A stretch of 64,000 bases of DNA from Lama glama (Eukaryota). Below are positions 11,961 to 26,110 of the stretch, in pieces. The DNA lies in NCBI GenBank assembly GCA_028534125.1, contig CM052816.1, positions 70,806,001-70,870,000 of the forward strand, given 5' to 3'. The position numbers were made by a program, and so were the translations under genes. The notes under the pieces are model-generated. The model was given only the letters and a program-made list of their open reading frames with translations. It had not been told where the DNA came from and ran no database searches. Within the stretch, counting starts at the first letter, position 1; the number at the start of each line of letters is the position of its first letter.

Positions 11961-12374
11961 TATATTTCCCTGAAGATCATTAGAATCAAAGCATGGAAAT
12001 ATGTACTTTCTGCTTATTTACTAATGAATTTTTTTAATATTATCATATAGTCTTCAGATTAAAAGAGAGAAATTTTAAGTCTTGTGGGAAATTAGAACTG
12101 GCAGTTGAATTATCACTAAATTCAGTGTGATAAACAAGTATAAGAACTTGTTTGGTCACCAAGATTTCAGTTTTCAGATCCTTTTTCCTTTGTTTGGCTA
12201 TAACAATGTGAAATTTTGGTGCAAAGTCCTCCTTTTGGAGAGCAGCAGTTGTGGCTAAATGAGCTTGGCTAAATTGCTCTCTGATTCCTCATAAAGTGAT
12301 TGGACTTGTTCCATAGTATAATTTTGAGAAATGAGTGACAGATGTTATTAAAAATGCATCATGCTTTATAAATA

Positions 12375-12495
12375 CCAGCTGTAAAATATGATGAATGGGA
12401 TCTTATTATCGGGGTAAGGATGAAATGAGATGATTTATGTAAAGGAGTTTGCCTAGTGTCTGGGAGCTAATTAAGTGCTCAAAAAAGTAACTATA
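12375..12495 (+). mobile_element. MIR SINE fragment
   Basis: ctgtaaaat..aggatgaaatgagatgat..atgtaaag..tagtgtctgg..taagtgctcaa. Confidence 0.65.
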
Positions 12496-12986
12496 ATAAT
12501 TTTTGTACTTTCTGTGAGCCATAGCTCACTTCCTTTCAGTCCTACTTTCAACTTTCTTGTTTGGATAAACATACTCGTGGTATGCTTTTATTCAAATATA
12601 TTCACTTTTAGTAAACAGCCTTGCACACAGACCATCCAGTCAAGTAGCCTGACCTAAATAGGTGAGTGTTTCAGAAAAGCTTATGAAATAAACGCTTTGA
12701 CCAAAAACCCCACCTCCCTGTTGCACAGACTTGCACTGTTACCTAAATAAGATGCTGATATTTGGGATAACTAGCTTTTGGTTTGGTTTTGTTTTTTAAT
12801 ATGCTCTTGGAAAATTATATTAGAATGAAGGCAATGTTGACTAAAGTTAGACAAAGTTTAGTATGTTTTTATTTTTTTATTCTGGTACAATCAAAGCAAG
12901 GTAAATAACTGATTTTTTTTTAATTAAGGACTTACTTTTCAAAATACACATGAACCTTCATGAATGTTCACTATATATAGCTTCTT

Positions 12987-13306
12987 TTATTTTATTATAG
13001 TTTTTCCAGCTTTATTGAGGTACAATTGACAAAAGTGTGCAAATTTAGGATATACAGTGAGTTTTTTTTAAGGTGTACAATGTGATGATTTAATGTATGT
13101 ATACATTGTGAAATGATTAGTACAATGAAGGTAATTAACACATGCATCACCTCATATAGTTACTGTGTGTGTGTATGTGTATATGTGTATGGTAAAGACA
13201 CTTAAGATCTACTCTCAGCGAATTTCATGTATACAATATAGTATTATTAACTATAATCACTACACTGTATATTAGATCCCCAAAACTTGCTCATCTTATA
13301 ACTGAA
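12987..13306 (-). mobile_element. 5'-truncated L1 (L1MA9-like 3'UTR) with target-site duplication
   Basis: cagctttattgaggtacaattgaca..catcacctcatatagttac..cacttaagatctactctcagc..cttataactgaaa. Target-site duplication ATATATAGCTTCTT (12973-12986) / ATATAAAGCTTCTT (13307-13320). Confidence 0.85.
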
Positions 13307-16089
13307 ATATAAAGCTTCTTATAATGATATTATTATTGCTTATATGCTCTTTGTTTTCTAGTTTTGTTTTGCAAACATTTCTGTGACTGTAAATCATACA
13401 TATTAAATAGACCATCTGACAAGGGTTTATAATATCACAGTGCTTTATTCATGCAGGTTACACCAATTATTGGAGAAAGTTCAATTTTCCCAAGTCTACA
13501 ATTAATTCTAGAAATACCTATTTTCCTTTTTAACTTTGATATTTATCAGGGAAATATAGATGTGATCAGAAAATATGACATTATTAATGCCGACTGCTTA
13601 CAAGCTTTAAGTATATAGTAATCGGTATTTCAATAATAAAACTCCAAGACCACAAATGCAAATACTTAGATAGGTATATTTTATTCAATCAATTCATAAA
13701 GATATTCTTATATTTTAATGAAAATTCTGAATGGGTAACTTTTAGAACAAAAAAATAAAATTACAGAATATACAAACTATCACAGTGTCTCAGGACATGT
13801 GATTTATTATGAAGATAACAGATCTTCATTATTCACCAGTTTTCATAAACAGTGCTAAAACATTTCAGAAATGCAACTATATTCTGTCTGCTTTTATTTA
13901 AAACAAAAAGAAACAAACAAACAAAAAGTAAGGCCATCACTGTGAAGGGTGAGGAAAAGACCATTTTTCAACATGGAAACTCACGTTAAGGCTAGGAACA
14001 GTCCCCGTAAAGTTGCCACACTGGAAATTATATCCTACTAGACCCAGAAATTCCTGTGAGCACAGCTTACTACTGCACAAGTGCTACTGTAATATTAAGA
14101 GTGGAAAATCGACTACGTTTTTTGCAGCCCAAAGCTTTCATAAGTGCTTAAACCTTTGAACAGAATGACAGATTTAAACCCCTTAAGGAAACTAGAATTG
14201 ATAGTAAAATAGCTGATGGCCAGGGATCACTTCTCCAACCCTTGGCCTTTGACTGTCACCTCCCCATTACGCCAACCCCTCCAGCCCTTGAACGTTGTTG
14301 GAGAGAAACCGAGAGTATACCCACACACCATGGGGTGGTGGCAGGCTTTGGCAATCCTGTGCAGAAAGTTACAGGCTTATGTTCTGTTTCACTTTACCAC
14401 TGACACCAAACCAGTCCTAGTCCAAACTTGGAATCTGCCCAGATAAAAGACCTGTAAATGCTATTCAGTATGACAAATGTCACCTTAAGTCTGCATTCTC
14501 TTCTTTATGAAGGGAAATAGTTCATCCCTCATAAGAAGTGATGTAGAAAATTAAAAATACTGATCATTTCTTCCTCTGTTAAAGGTTGGCATAAAAATAG
14601 CATTGATGACATTGTAGAGAATTAAAATGTATATTCAAAATTTTCTAAAATCCAATTTTCAAATTAAACTTATGTTTTAGACTCTTTATAGATTCAATTC
14701 ACTAATATCTTAATGAGTGGCATAGTTTGACCAAATAAACTTTACGTAAGTGAACATGAACTTGATGGCCTTCACCCATTCCCGAGTGGAATTTATTTAT
14801 AGAAAATCAGTCATGTGGGTCATTTTACACAACTGGCTATTATAACCTAAGTGGCTAGATTGTGCTGCAGTCTTAGACAAGCTCCCAAATTTAAATTGCT
14901 TACCATGGCAGAAGGTGATTTCTTATTCATGTAAAGTCTGCTAACAGACCAAGTGGCTGTCCGGAGCATCTCTTTACTCATACTGAGGGCTCCTTCCTCT
15001 GTCTCCCCATACACACAAGTGTAGTGGACCACCCTGAGTGTGTTGCCGGCTTAGTTGATGCATCAAAAGAGTCAGCTGATGGTCTTGCCTCTGCTCTTCT
15101 ATGCTTTAGCCTAGAATTCATAAGTCACTCCCGCCCTCAGCTTATTGCCTAGACCTAGTCTTGTGACCTTGTTTAACTGCAAGTTGTTTGGTAAATGCCC
15201 ATCAAGGGAGGAAAACTGGGTAGCATTAAAGTAGGCAGTGTTAAATGGCACCATGGATGAGAGAGGCATCACCAGAGAGGGTGCAGAAGACACTATCCTC
15301 TTAAGATCCAGATCCACTCCCAAAGATAGCCAAAAGGAAGAAAGAGAATTCTCCTAAGATCTGGCAACAGTTGCTCTGATGCTAGCCGCAAATGAAGTGA
15401 AACCCACATTTCTGTTCAACCATATGTTTGTGTCCCCAACAGACAGAGGAGCTACCTTCATATGCGAGAATTCGCAACTTGCGTGCCCCGGGAGACAGAA
15501 AGCCATCAAGTTCTCAGGGCATAAGATGAGACAAACAAGAAAGTGGTAGCTTTTTCTTGTGGTCTCCTCAGAGTGGAAAAGCAGTTCAGATAAAGGATTA
15601 GAGACTGTGAGTACTCAGGTCAAGGAGGGTGGAGGGGAGAGTAGGTGTCATGGCAATCATACAGTTTTTGTTTTGGGTACCTTTTTATGTCTTAAATTTT
15701 TCATCAGCCTTTTCCGTGAATCTATTTTGTAATCTTGAAGACTTTTGGAGGCTTCTGCATATCAGTTAAAGTAGGTATCCCATTCCGTTTGTTAGATTGG
15801 GAACCCTTACGTATAGCCTGTCAGCCACTGGAGAGGACGTATTGGATTTGGAGCTCCCCTCAAAGGCCGTGTAGAAACAGTCGTCAAAATTTGATCTGTC
15901 TGGTAGCAGTCTGGAAAGCCTCATTTTCTTGGATTGTCTTTATTTGACCAGACTCAGAATTCACTCACTAAGAAACCTTACGCCCAGAGAATTTGGTGAA
16001 AATAATCAGTGGCAATTATTAACATCTCTGCTGCCTAGGGTAGTGATACCAAATGAGTCGAACAACAGATTGGCCAAAAAAAAACTTAA

Positions 16090-16340
16090 GAGGAAAATCA
16101 GGAGAATAAGAAGTCCATCGGGGACTCTGAAAAGCTCTGACATATTCCTGGAAAACTGTAAGGTCATGCATGTGTTCAGGACTATGCCTGTGTCCAAAAA
16201 AACTAGATAAAGCCCTAATCCCTCACCAGTTTTATTAAATTGTATCAGAGTTTCTCACCAGAGCAATTAGGCAAGAAAATGAAATAGCAAACTTTAAGAT
16301 TGGAAAATAAGAAGTAAAGCCACACCTGTTGCATGATCTT
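16090..16340 (+). mobile_element. Old L1 fragments (5' region joined to a reverse-transcriptase piece)
   Basis: agagcaattaggcaagaaaatgaaata..agattggaaaataagaagtaaa resembles L1 ORF2 RAIRQEKEIKGIQIGKEEVK. Confidence 0.55.
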
Positions 16341-19300
16341 CTTGTTGAAATAACTTCCTAGGCCCCAGATGGAGCTGTTTGTTTCCAGTAAAATACCACA
16401 GCCTTCAGTTCTGCCTGCTGCCCTTGTGTCACTAGTTCAGAGTTCCTCTGCCTGACCCTCTCTGGGAAGTAGGCTTTCAGATTTGAAGAGGTATAGACAA
16501 TCTCACAGCTGTATGGGGCTGGAAGTCTCAGGTATCATCTGCTCTTTAAATAGGGTTACAGCCAGTGCTTATTTATCATCCTCACTGTCAACCCCACTCT
16601 GCTGCCAGTTCCTAAGTTTCTGGGGTGGGGGGGATGGATTCTGACGTACAAAAGGGTAACCCTCTGGGCTCCCCGGGTTGCTTGCTTAGATATCAGATCT
16701 TTTCAATCTGTCACAACCCATTTATAGGCTTTCCCAGCTTCTGAAATATTTTTTGTTGATGTCTTCTTTTATTGTCTATTAAGAGTTTATGTCTAAAAAA
16801 TAAAATCCCAGCACTATCTTTTTGGTGGCATTTAACAAGAATTAGATTTACTTTCTGAGGGATTTTCCAGTAGTGCCCAAGCTATAATTCACCTCTAAAA
16901 AAAAGGCAATCACTTTTTTTTTTATTATCTAGAAACACTTCCTTTTCCCTCATTGCTTTCTTTCCCATACAGCTTGTTGAGGGTACCAGTTAAAAATATT
17001 TTTGTCTCCTTCTTGCATGAAATCTGTTTCCTCTGGTGTCAGTAATTTTTTTTTTGGTTCTTTTTCTTTCATTTATTGATTTTTGCTCAGATATGATTTG
17101 TAAATTTATTGTCTTTTTTCTTTTCCTTAAAAAAATTCTTCCCTTTTTATTTACTTTTTTTTCCTTATTTTCAATTTAAAAGAAAATAATATAGGAAGGG
17201 CTTGCTAATTAGCCTTAGTAGCAGTTGGGAGATCTGTTTACGAAAAATCCCATTCTCCCAAAGAGGAGGTAGAATCTGTGACATGGATGGTCACAGTTGA
17301 TGATAAAGCAGAGGCAGACTGGTTCAAAATAAGGAGGGCTTCATCTAGGTTAAGAGTACCTAAGAGTCTCTGACTCCTAATTGGACATGTTTTTCCCTCT
17401 ATTTTTCCGGGTATGTTGTAGAAGTCTAACGTTATCTTAGGTTCTATTCTGCCTCTCTCATCAGCCACTTACCCAAAGAGACCCCTGCTTCCTATTTCCC
17501 AATAAGAATACATACTGCAGCCAATTTATCTGTCAGCTGAAGAGGAAGAGTATCTAACCTAGCCCTTCTCTAAACACTTCTCTAATTAACCATCTTCACT
17601 GATGCCTGACAACTAATTTTTTGCACCAAGCTTGCCAACTTAAGATGTGGATATTTTCCAGGTCAGAGAAGTCTTCTGCCAAGCATGGTCCCTAATGTTG
17701 TTCCCTTTATTCTGTGTTACTTTGAAGTATAAGTGGAGTAACTTTCCATTATTCAGAAATATGTAAAAATTGCTGGTCTGCTGATTTTGAAAAATAATTT
17801 TACTGTCATTTTGATAAGGTATTAGAAGGTTAAATCTACCAAACTTATATCCTCAAGTCTTCATTTTAAACTAGGAATTACCACCTTTTTTTTTTTTTAA
17901 CAAATGCTTCTCATCCTTGAAACGGCAGGTCAAATGATATTTCTGTGAAGTGTTCCCTTTCCAAGTTAAATTAGTGGTTCTTTCTCTGTTGTTGTAAACT
18001 TTGTTTACATTCTGTTAAATCACTTGCCACTTGGCCTAATGATTTATCTCCATCTTTCTTGCTTATGCACTTGAGAGTTTTTGAAGGTAGAGACTATGCT
18101 GTATTCATTTCTAAATTCTCAATGTCTAGTACTACTGTTGATATAATATCTATGAAATGAATCCATGACATAAGGGTGTTCAAAATCTCAGGCTTTAAAC
18201 TTCTGCTTTATATAGTCAAGGCCCAGATAAATAATTTCTTTGATCTCTAGAAATTCTGTGTGCCTCTTGAGAGCTTATTCTGCACATGGCTATCTATAAA
18301 GCTGTATTTCTATCAGAGTGAAGAATTTGTGTGTGTTTGAGTGTACACTTTTACTTTTAAAAATATATCTGCAATGCAGAAAGTTCAACTAATTGGACAA
18401 CATAAATGTGACATCATTACTGCTGCACATCACTCAACTTTTTAAGACATTTCAACAAAGTTACAGTAAAGCATTAAGATACAGATTTTTGCAATGTAGA
18501 AAATCATGCTGAGAACCTTTTGTATTTATGTATGTCTTTTCTAGGCTTTGAACCTATTTTATGCTTGTTTATTAATATTTTTATCATAGAAATGAAATTC
18601 AAGTTTTAAAGATGATTAAACTCATCATACATTGGACACACGTCTATTCTTATGCTCAAAAATGTTCATACCAACTCTACATGTTATTACACATGAACAC
18701 ACCTGTTATCTAAACTGTGATTGTAAAAAAAGTCTACCTAAAAACTTTTAGGGCAACCTAAATCTAGCACTAATCTAGTAAGTAAATTTTTAGGATAAAC
18801 ACTGCTTACACTCAGTGAAAAGTGACTGATTAATTACTATCTGATGATTAGAGCAATTTTCCCTCAGAATAAAATAATAATTTTATGAAGACATACAATG
18901 CCTTAAGGAAGCAATTTTTGCCATAAAGAAATCAAAGACAACCTGATTGTTCCAGGAAACATTTGTCAGCAATTATATTTAACATATTTCACATTAAGTA
19001 GCTGATAATTATTAGTTGGTGTTTCCATACCAATAGTTAATAGTGAATTCTTGGCCACCATTAATAGTGTTTCATTTTTTGTTAAAATTAAGCCTTAATT
19101 AACCACTAATAAGTAATAGAGGTTAATTGATTGTTATTTGATAATAAATATTATTTTTTCCTTAGATAAAAAGAAAACTTTTCTGCAGATATGCCATATG
19201 GAAGAAAATGTATACATCTATTGCAAATCTCATAGATTTTATGAATTTCAAGCACAAATTTATCAGCAGCTACATTAAGTGCATTTCACATTAAGGACCT

Positions 19301-20344
19301 AGATTAGTATTATTTGTGATTTTCATATGTCAGTTATTTCCCAATGATAGGTGTCACTTGGTTAATTATAAAAGAAAGCTACTTATATAAGTAGGTCCTC
19401 TAAATAAGTACCTGAGAACAGACTGAAGCCCAAGTAACCTTGCACAAAATAGGGTAGAATCAACCTCCTTGAAGCTGGCTTTCAGGCCAGAGCTGACATT
19501 AGACTCTAACTGTGGGAATACATTCAAGCTATCAGAATATCAGGGGACAAATCAGGGCCCACAGGACTCTATAATTTTACTGCTAATACTTGACCAGCAT
19601 TCGAGGTGTGAAATAGGGAGGCATTATCTTTCTTTAAGGAGCTGGAGCTGGTGGACTCTTGTTCCCGAATTGAGGCCCTAGTTTCAAGAATCTCTATGGA
19701 CGGAGCCACACTTGGTGGACTCCAGTGTCCGCACAACCCTACACCCATCATTAGGGCAGTGGGAGCTTCCCACTTAAGGCCTTGCTTTCAGATCACGTCA
19801 TTCAAGAAGCCACCTCCATCAAGATGGAGAACAGAAGAGTACATCAAAAAATTGGGGGTGTCCAGTATTCAGTCAGCCATAACCCAGGTAGCTGAGTGCT
19901 TAGAACATCAGAAATCAGACATCTGGTATAAACTCAAGAAACTCAGCCCACACCAACATAAGTGCATTACCTGCTTTTAAATGTTAAAAACGGTCATTCA
20001 CTGAACACCTCAGCAGCAACTTCTCAAGGTTATGAGTTTGGGAATTGGAAAGACATGGTCTTAAATCTTAGTCTTTCCGTTTACTATCTGTGTAGCCTTA
20101 GATGATTTGCTTAACTCTTCTGAAACTTAATTTCCTCATCTGTTAAATGGAATTAGTAAGAGTTATGTCATTTATTCCTGTGTTTATTTTTCTAATGAAT
20201 GTAAGTTTACTGAAGACCTATTATATGTCTGGGACTTTCCTGGATAGTGGTTGTTACTAGGATTAATCAAGATAATATTTAGTCTAATGTCTGGTATATA
20301 CTAATTGGTCAACAAAGACTAACAAATAATAATGACACAGTTAT

Positions 20345-20790
20345 TGTAAGTAGCAAGAGGTCTGGTTGTACAGATGGTTGCAACAGCTCAGGGATGTTAC
20401 AATGATGTAGGTTCGTTCCCTCTTTCTAGTCTTTCCTGCCCAGTGGATCAGCATCCCAATGGTCCATTTATGATCAGTGACGGCCAGAGCTCTAAGCCTT
20501 AAGCTTCATATCTTCCTACAGTGGCATCCTAGGTAGCAAACACAAGAGTGAAGGAAAAAAAATGTGTTCTTCATTACATCTATTATCCTGTACACCCAGC
20601 CAACTTCCCTGTAGTTTAATATGAGTGGGTATGTGTGGCTACACACATATTCCTGCACAAATTTCTGGGCAAGGTGGAATGTGACTGCTAAACATGATAC
20701 ATCCTTGTGGCTGACCACATTGCCATGCATACTGAACTGGGGTTCTCTTAGCAAGGAAGAAGGGGGTAATGCCTTTTGCATTGTGACTAG
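20345..20790 (-). mobile_element. ERVL-MaLR LTR (old MLT1J/L-like)
   Basis: ggcaaggtggaatg..aactggggttctcttagcaaggaagaagggggtaatg is the antisense MLT1 signature. Confidence 0.6.
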
Positions 20791-23645
20791 GAGTGCGCAC
20801 CAGGTGCTGGAGGTCAGCCATCACCTGGATAATATGTGTTCTGTGCAACAAGGCTGCCAATCCATCCTCCCGGGAATCAAGTAGCTTAAAGAGTTTCCTA
20901 AAAGGACTGCTATTTTTGACCCTTCTCCTGACCCGTGGACAGCACTGGCCCATGCCGGGACCAGAAGGACTGCTGCCTTGACTTCTTCACATGGTGGCCT
21001 CCATGAGCTCCTTGTGGCCTTTTCTCCCTTCTTCTCTAGAGCTGCTGTCCTCCATGCATTGTAACCTCTCTTTTAAACATCCATGCTACCCACTAACCCT
21101 CTACTTCCCATCATGAACTCCTGTAATCAGTCTGTTGCCCCAAGACAGGGGACCCAGGCTCTCACAGAAAAAGAGTTCAATTTTGGCAGCCTCGTGTCTG
21201 AATTGGTGTGGGAATCGACGTATATGACATTTATCCCATTTCATTTGTTCGCATGTTTCCCTTGGGATAGATCCTGATATTTCCTCTGGCACCCTGCACA
21301 TGACGGGGAAGAGATGGTGTTTCCCTGCCTCCTCCCCAGCCTGCCTCTGGTCTCCCTACACCCATAGTCCAACAAAGAATAGGAACTGATAAAGTCACTC
21401 TGTGCCACGTCAGAGTTGGGTTTTTATGCTAAGCCTTGAAAGATGGACGTGTTGCAAGTTTGATTTACCATCGGCAATAGGAATTGATTGTAGGCAGCAG
21501 CCAATAACTGAAAAGAAACAAAAGAAGAAGCCTCAGTAGCTACAGTATGGAGCCATGCTGAAAGGCAGATTACCCACAGACATTTCAGCTCTGCTGGAAA
21601 TAGCATGGTCAGCAGAATTTTTTGTTTTTAAATGAAGGTACCTTCTACATACTTATATCTGACCAGCTATATTTTGCTTTTTGTCCTTAGTTCACAAACT
21701 ATGAAGCAACAGATGCTGTTTTACTGTTGCTCTGAGAATCCACAGCCACTGCATAAATATGATACCTGCTAATCTATACAATCTGTAACATCACAGGACA
21801 TTGACTTACACCAGTGCATCTTTTTCAGACTTCTTGTAGCCACTTAATCATTGTTTCTTCCTTAAATTATTCATCATGAACATTTGTTCATTGCTGTATT
21901 TTAAAGTAGCCCAAATAATTGTCAGCACTCTAACTTGATTTGTGAGGATCTGATCCTCCCATTGTGACATGATTCAGTAAATATTGGTTATATAAAAAGG
22001 AAATACAAGTGGCCCAAATATAAAGTTTAGTTTTGCTGCCCGCATATCTCCTATTATTAACTTCTCCTGACAGTTATGTTGTTGACACCTTAAGCCAATC
22101 AAGGGAGAGTTTCAATCCTAACTGTAAAGTTCCATCCATACCTTTCCCTATATATTCCTTCAGTGAAATATTCCATTTCCCCAACTTAGCAAGCTGCAAC
22201 CAAAAGAACAACAAAACTAAATTAAATTTAAAACATAGTAACACACACATGTGCACACATTGCCATAGGAGAAATAGACAGTAAAAGCAAATTGGAGTTT
22301 TCCTTATGTTCTTGTTTTTGCCAATTATACAATATGTCCTGAAATCACCAAATTTAGTCTGCAGGAACCTGTGAGACTGCATGATCATTCACTGATAGTA
22401 GCAAGTTTAAATAAAAGTCAGTAAGTACAAAAAAGTAATAAATAAGAGTGTGGTCAATTTATTATGTTCAAGTCACAGGACTTTTCTGCAATTTTCAATG
22501 CAGTATGAAATTTGCTACTGCCACAGTAGAACTGCCAGGGACTCAATAGAAAGCAACACATATGCATAGCTAAAGACATTTATTTAATAAAGTAATTTAG
22601 AATTTTCATTAGAGTCTGGCTTCTTTGGGAACAAATGTATGCAGTGAGGTCATCCTGTCTAGACAAAGTCTATTTAATTTTCTTACCCCAAATCAAACAA
22701 ATTACTTATCTATAGATCTAGGCTTACTCTACAATATCCAATATGGTTACTTGCACCTGGGTGTTTTGACTCCTGCAGGACCACATAATTTAGCTTCATT
22801 TATACCTCATTTCCAGGATGGCCTTCTAGCCCAAAGGTTATCCAGAAATTTTACTTACTTCTAATAATCTAATCCTTGTCAATCAGTGATAATTTTTGTT
22901 TGCTACCTGTGTTGAGATATCTTGTTACTTTTGAATAATAATAACTGAATTGAAATTTATGCAATTTAAAAATAATATGGGGGTTTGAATGGTGAGACAC
23001 ATTTATAATTATAAAATATTAATTCAGTTAACAAGTATTTTGATTAGGTATCTAAGTCTCATGGAATAATGGTGAGTAGGGTTGGGCTGCAAAAATACTT
23101 AAAAAGGAATGAAGACTACTAATTAAAAAATTTCATATATTGCATAGATATTGTATTGATTACAATTTATTTATGTAAAATAAGTTAGTATACTAAAATT
23201 GTACTAATTCCTGCTAATATCTGAAATTGTCGATCCTAGCTCTTGATACGTTTTATTGTAGCCAAGAAGTTTCAAATTTTCTCTTTATATGGAATAATTA
23301 TGGCAGGTTTTTGTCCACACATAAAACTTCTGTCATAATTTGTACACCGTAGTAGAAGAATTTAATTTTAGGAATAAATTTTTCTAAAACTTCACTTTTT
23401 TTATATACTCAAAAACAAGTTTTTCTCAAGGAAACAATGATTCTTCTTTCTCATGATGATTTTGGCCACAGGTTTGTCTTGTCCACAGCCAGATTTCAAC
23501 ATTCTTAGGACTTTTGATACACGCTGTGCTTGTTTTGGGATCCTTCTCAGCAAAAGCATATGCATATATTTAACTTTGCTGATTTTTTTTGTTCAGTTCG
23601 GTGTCAGATGTAATTACAGTTATTATTGAAGTTTAATATTTGAGA

Positions 23646-24145
23646 NNNNNNNNNNNNNNNNNNNNNNNNNNNNNNNNNNNNNNNNNNNNNNNNNNNNNNN
23701 NNNNNNNNNNNNNNNNNNNNNNNNNNNNNNNNNNNNNNNNNNNNNNNNNNNNNNNNNNNNNNNNNNNNNNNNNNNNNNNNNNNNNNNNNNNNNNNNNNNN
23801 NNNNNNNNNNNNNNNNNNNNNNNNNNNNNNNNNNNNNNNNNNNNNNNNNNNNNNNNNNNNNNNNNNNNNNNNNNNNNNNNNNNNNNNNNNNNNNNNNNNN
23901 NNNNNNNNNNNNNNNNNNNNNNNNNNNNNNNNNNNNNNNNNNNNNNNNNNNNNNNNNNNNNNNNNNNNNNNNNNNNNNNNNNNNNNNNNNNNNNNNNNNN
24001 NNNNNNNNNNNNNNNNNNNNNNNNNNNNNNNNNNNNNNNNNNNNNNNNNNNNNNNNNNNNNNNNNNNNNNNNNNNNNNNNNNNNNNNNNNNNNNNNNNNN
24101 NNNNNNNNNNNNNNNNNNNNNNNNNNNNNNNNNNNNNNNNNNNNN
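23646..24145. other. Assembly gap (exactly 500 N)
   Basis: Run of N with a fixed round length, typical of a scaffolding placeholder. Confidence 0.98.
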
Positions 24146-24284
24146 CAAAGTATCCTTTCTGGATTTTCAAATCACAGCATACGTGCAAACACCTCTCAGG
24201 TAACGGACAGCCACAGTCCTGCACAATCGCGCCAGCCGCCTAGTCTACAGTACATGCTTTTAATAAATTGTTGAATGGATAAGA

Positions 24285-24478
24285 AATACATGCCAGACAT
24301 CTTACACACATTGTCTAATTTAATCCACAAAACAGACCTATGAAGTAATTGCTCTTATATTTGTTTTTATAGCTGGGGAAAACTGAAGCAGAGAGGGTTG
24401 GGGTAACTTGCTCGAGGATGGTGGAAGGATGTTATGAACCTTATCCCTCTGGTTCCAGAGTCTAGTGCTCTCAGCCAT
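24285..24478 (-). mobile_element. MIR SINE
   Basis: tctaatttaatccacaaaac..ctatgaagta..gaaaactgaagcagagaggg..gtaacttgctcgagg..tctggttccagagtc..gctctcagcca. Confidence 0.75.
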
Positions 24479-24519
24479 GTCTTCCTTTTTCATTTTGTTT
24501 TAATCTCTCTCTCTATTTC

Positions 24520-25390
24520 TCTTTGCCGAAGTTTCATCTATCCCTGGTACTCTCAAGTCTTTCTCTCTATGTACTCTACCAAAGACATCTTTTGATTCCT
24601 TGGTCACAATTACTAATTAGAGTGCATAAATTTGAATTTCTATATCAACTTGCTACTATACTTTCAAGTGTCTACCAGCATATCCACATGGATCTCCCAA
24701 ACCTTAACACCAAGTCCCAAACTGAATTTATCTTCCCTGCTAAGTCATTTCTTCCCTCATATTAATTGCTTGAAAGCTTCAGCATCTTTCAACCTATTAA
24801 ATATCAGATTTTAGGGTTGTCTATGGCTCAATTATTCCTATCTGTTTAGTTACCAAATCTACCCCTTAAGTGCCTTTGTTTAAGAAAAAATTCAGGTTTA
24901 TGGAGTTATAATGGACCCTTAAATATCTTTAAGCCTGTCTCCTTTCTTCTCCTTTACCACTAAAATCTTTATGGAAATCTTCATCTGTGTCACCTAGACT
25001 ATTGCATCACTCTCTTAATTGCTGTCGCTGACACTTATCTTACCTCTACTAATTCTTTTCCACAGTTCTGCCACCATTGTTATTCTTCCCCTAAATTATG
25101 ATCTTGTAACTTACCTGTTTTAAAACAAGACATCGGCATCATTCCATTGTTTACAAGATAACTTCCTTTCATGGCATATAAGGCTTCCCACAGATCTTCT
25201 GTCTCTTCTTCCATGTGTCCTACCCTCCAGCCCCAACCTATTTCTCATTATTTCAGTACACTGCTCTTTCACATCTCTGGGCCCTTGCTCATAAGGTTTC
25301 CTGACTTTGAGTTGCTCTTTTCCTGGAAAATTAATTCATCTGTCTTGCCCTGTTGAAATTACCTGCCTTCCTTCCCTAATACCTTCAAGA
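24520..25390 (+). mobile_element. L2 LINE fragment
   Basis: catatccacatggatctccc..caaactgaatttatcttcc; tcacctagactattgca; catggcatataaggct are L2 motifs. Confidence 0.7.
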
Positions 25391-25439
25391 AGAATTTGTG
25401 CAGTTTCTTGACGTTGTTTTCCTTTAATTAACTACTGTT

Positions 25440-26110
25440 TGTTTTTAGAAATCTGATGCAAACAAAAATATCCCTAACATGTAGGAAGTGAAGAAGCATA
25501 GTAATAAGATGAACTGTGAGGCCACCAAACAGCTTATGAACTAGTTACGACAATTCCATTGAAGCTACCTGGATGCACCCCCCACTGCCTCCATCCCGCC
25601 TGCCATTGAAGGTAAGTGCTGTGCTGAATTTAGGGTTTATGATTCTTTTGCATGTAAAAAAGTGCAACCAGGTATGCATGTATCTTTAAGAATGTAATGG
25701 ACATATATTCTTTTCTTTTTTTGCATGTTATTAAAATCGTATCATACTATATGTAGTCTTCTGCCAGTTTGTTTCAATGCTGTATTCCTAATATTCTTCT
25801 GTAGCATTGCCTGTAGACTGAGGATAATTTATTTTCACAATTGTATTGTATTCCATTGTGAGACAATTTTACATTTGTTTAGATATCTTCTTAAAGACGA
25901 ATGCTTGGTTTTCTCAACTTTTAAATATTATGTTGCTATGAGCACTCTTGAGCATTCCATGAATAAACATGGGCAAGAGTCACTTTAGGGCATATACCTA
26001 GAGTTGGAATTATTGGGTGGTAGAATATATGCCTGTTCAACTTCAGAAGAAAAAGACAAGTTGCTTCCAAAATGTATAAGTCCATTTGCACTCCTGTCAA
26101 CAGCGGGCAT
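25440..26110 (-). mobile_element. Old L1 3' end (L1ME-like)
   Basis: tattgtattccattgtg; catatacctagagttggaattattgggt..tgttcaacttca are antisense L1 motifs. Confidence 0.7.

Noticed and set aside
23604..24224. Longest ORFs in the track (171-206 aa)
   Set aside because: Artefacts of translating through the N gap.
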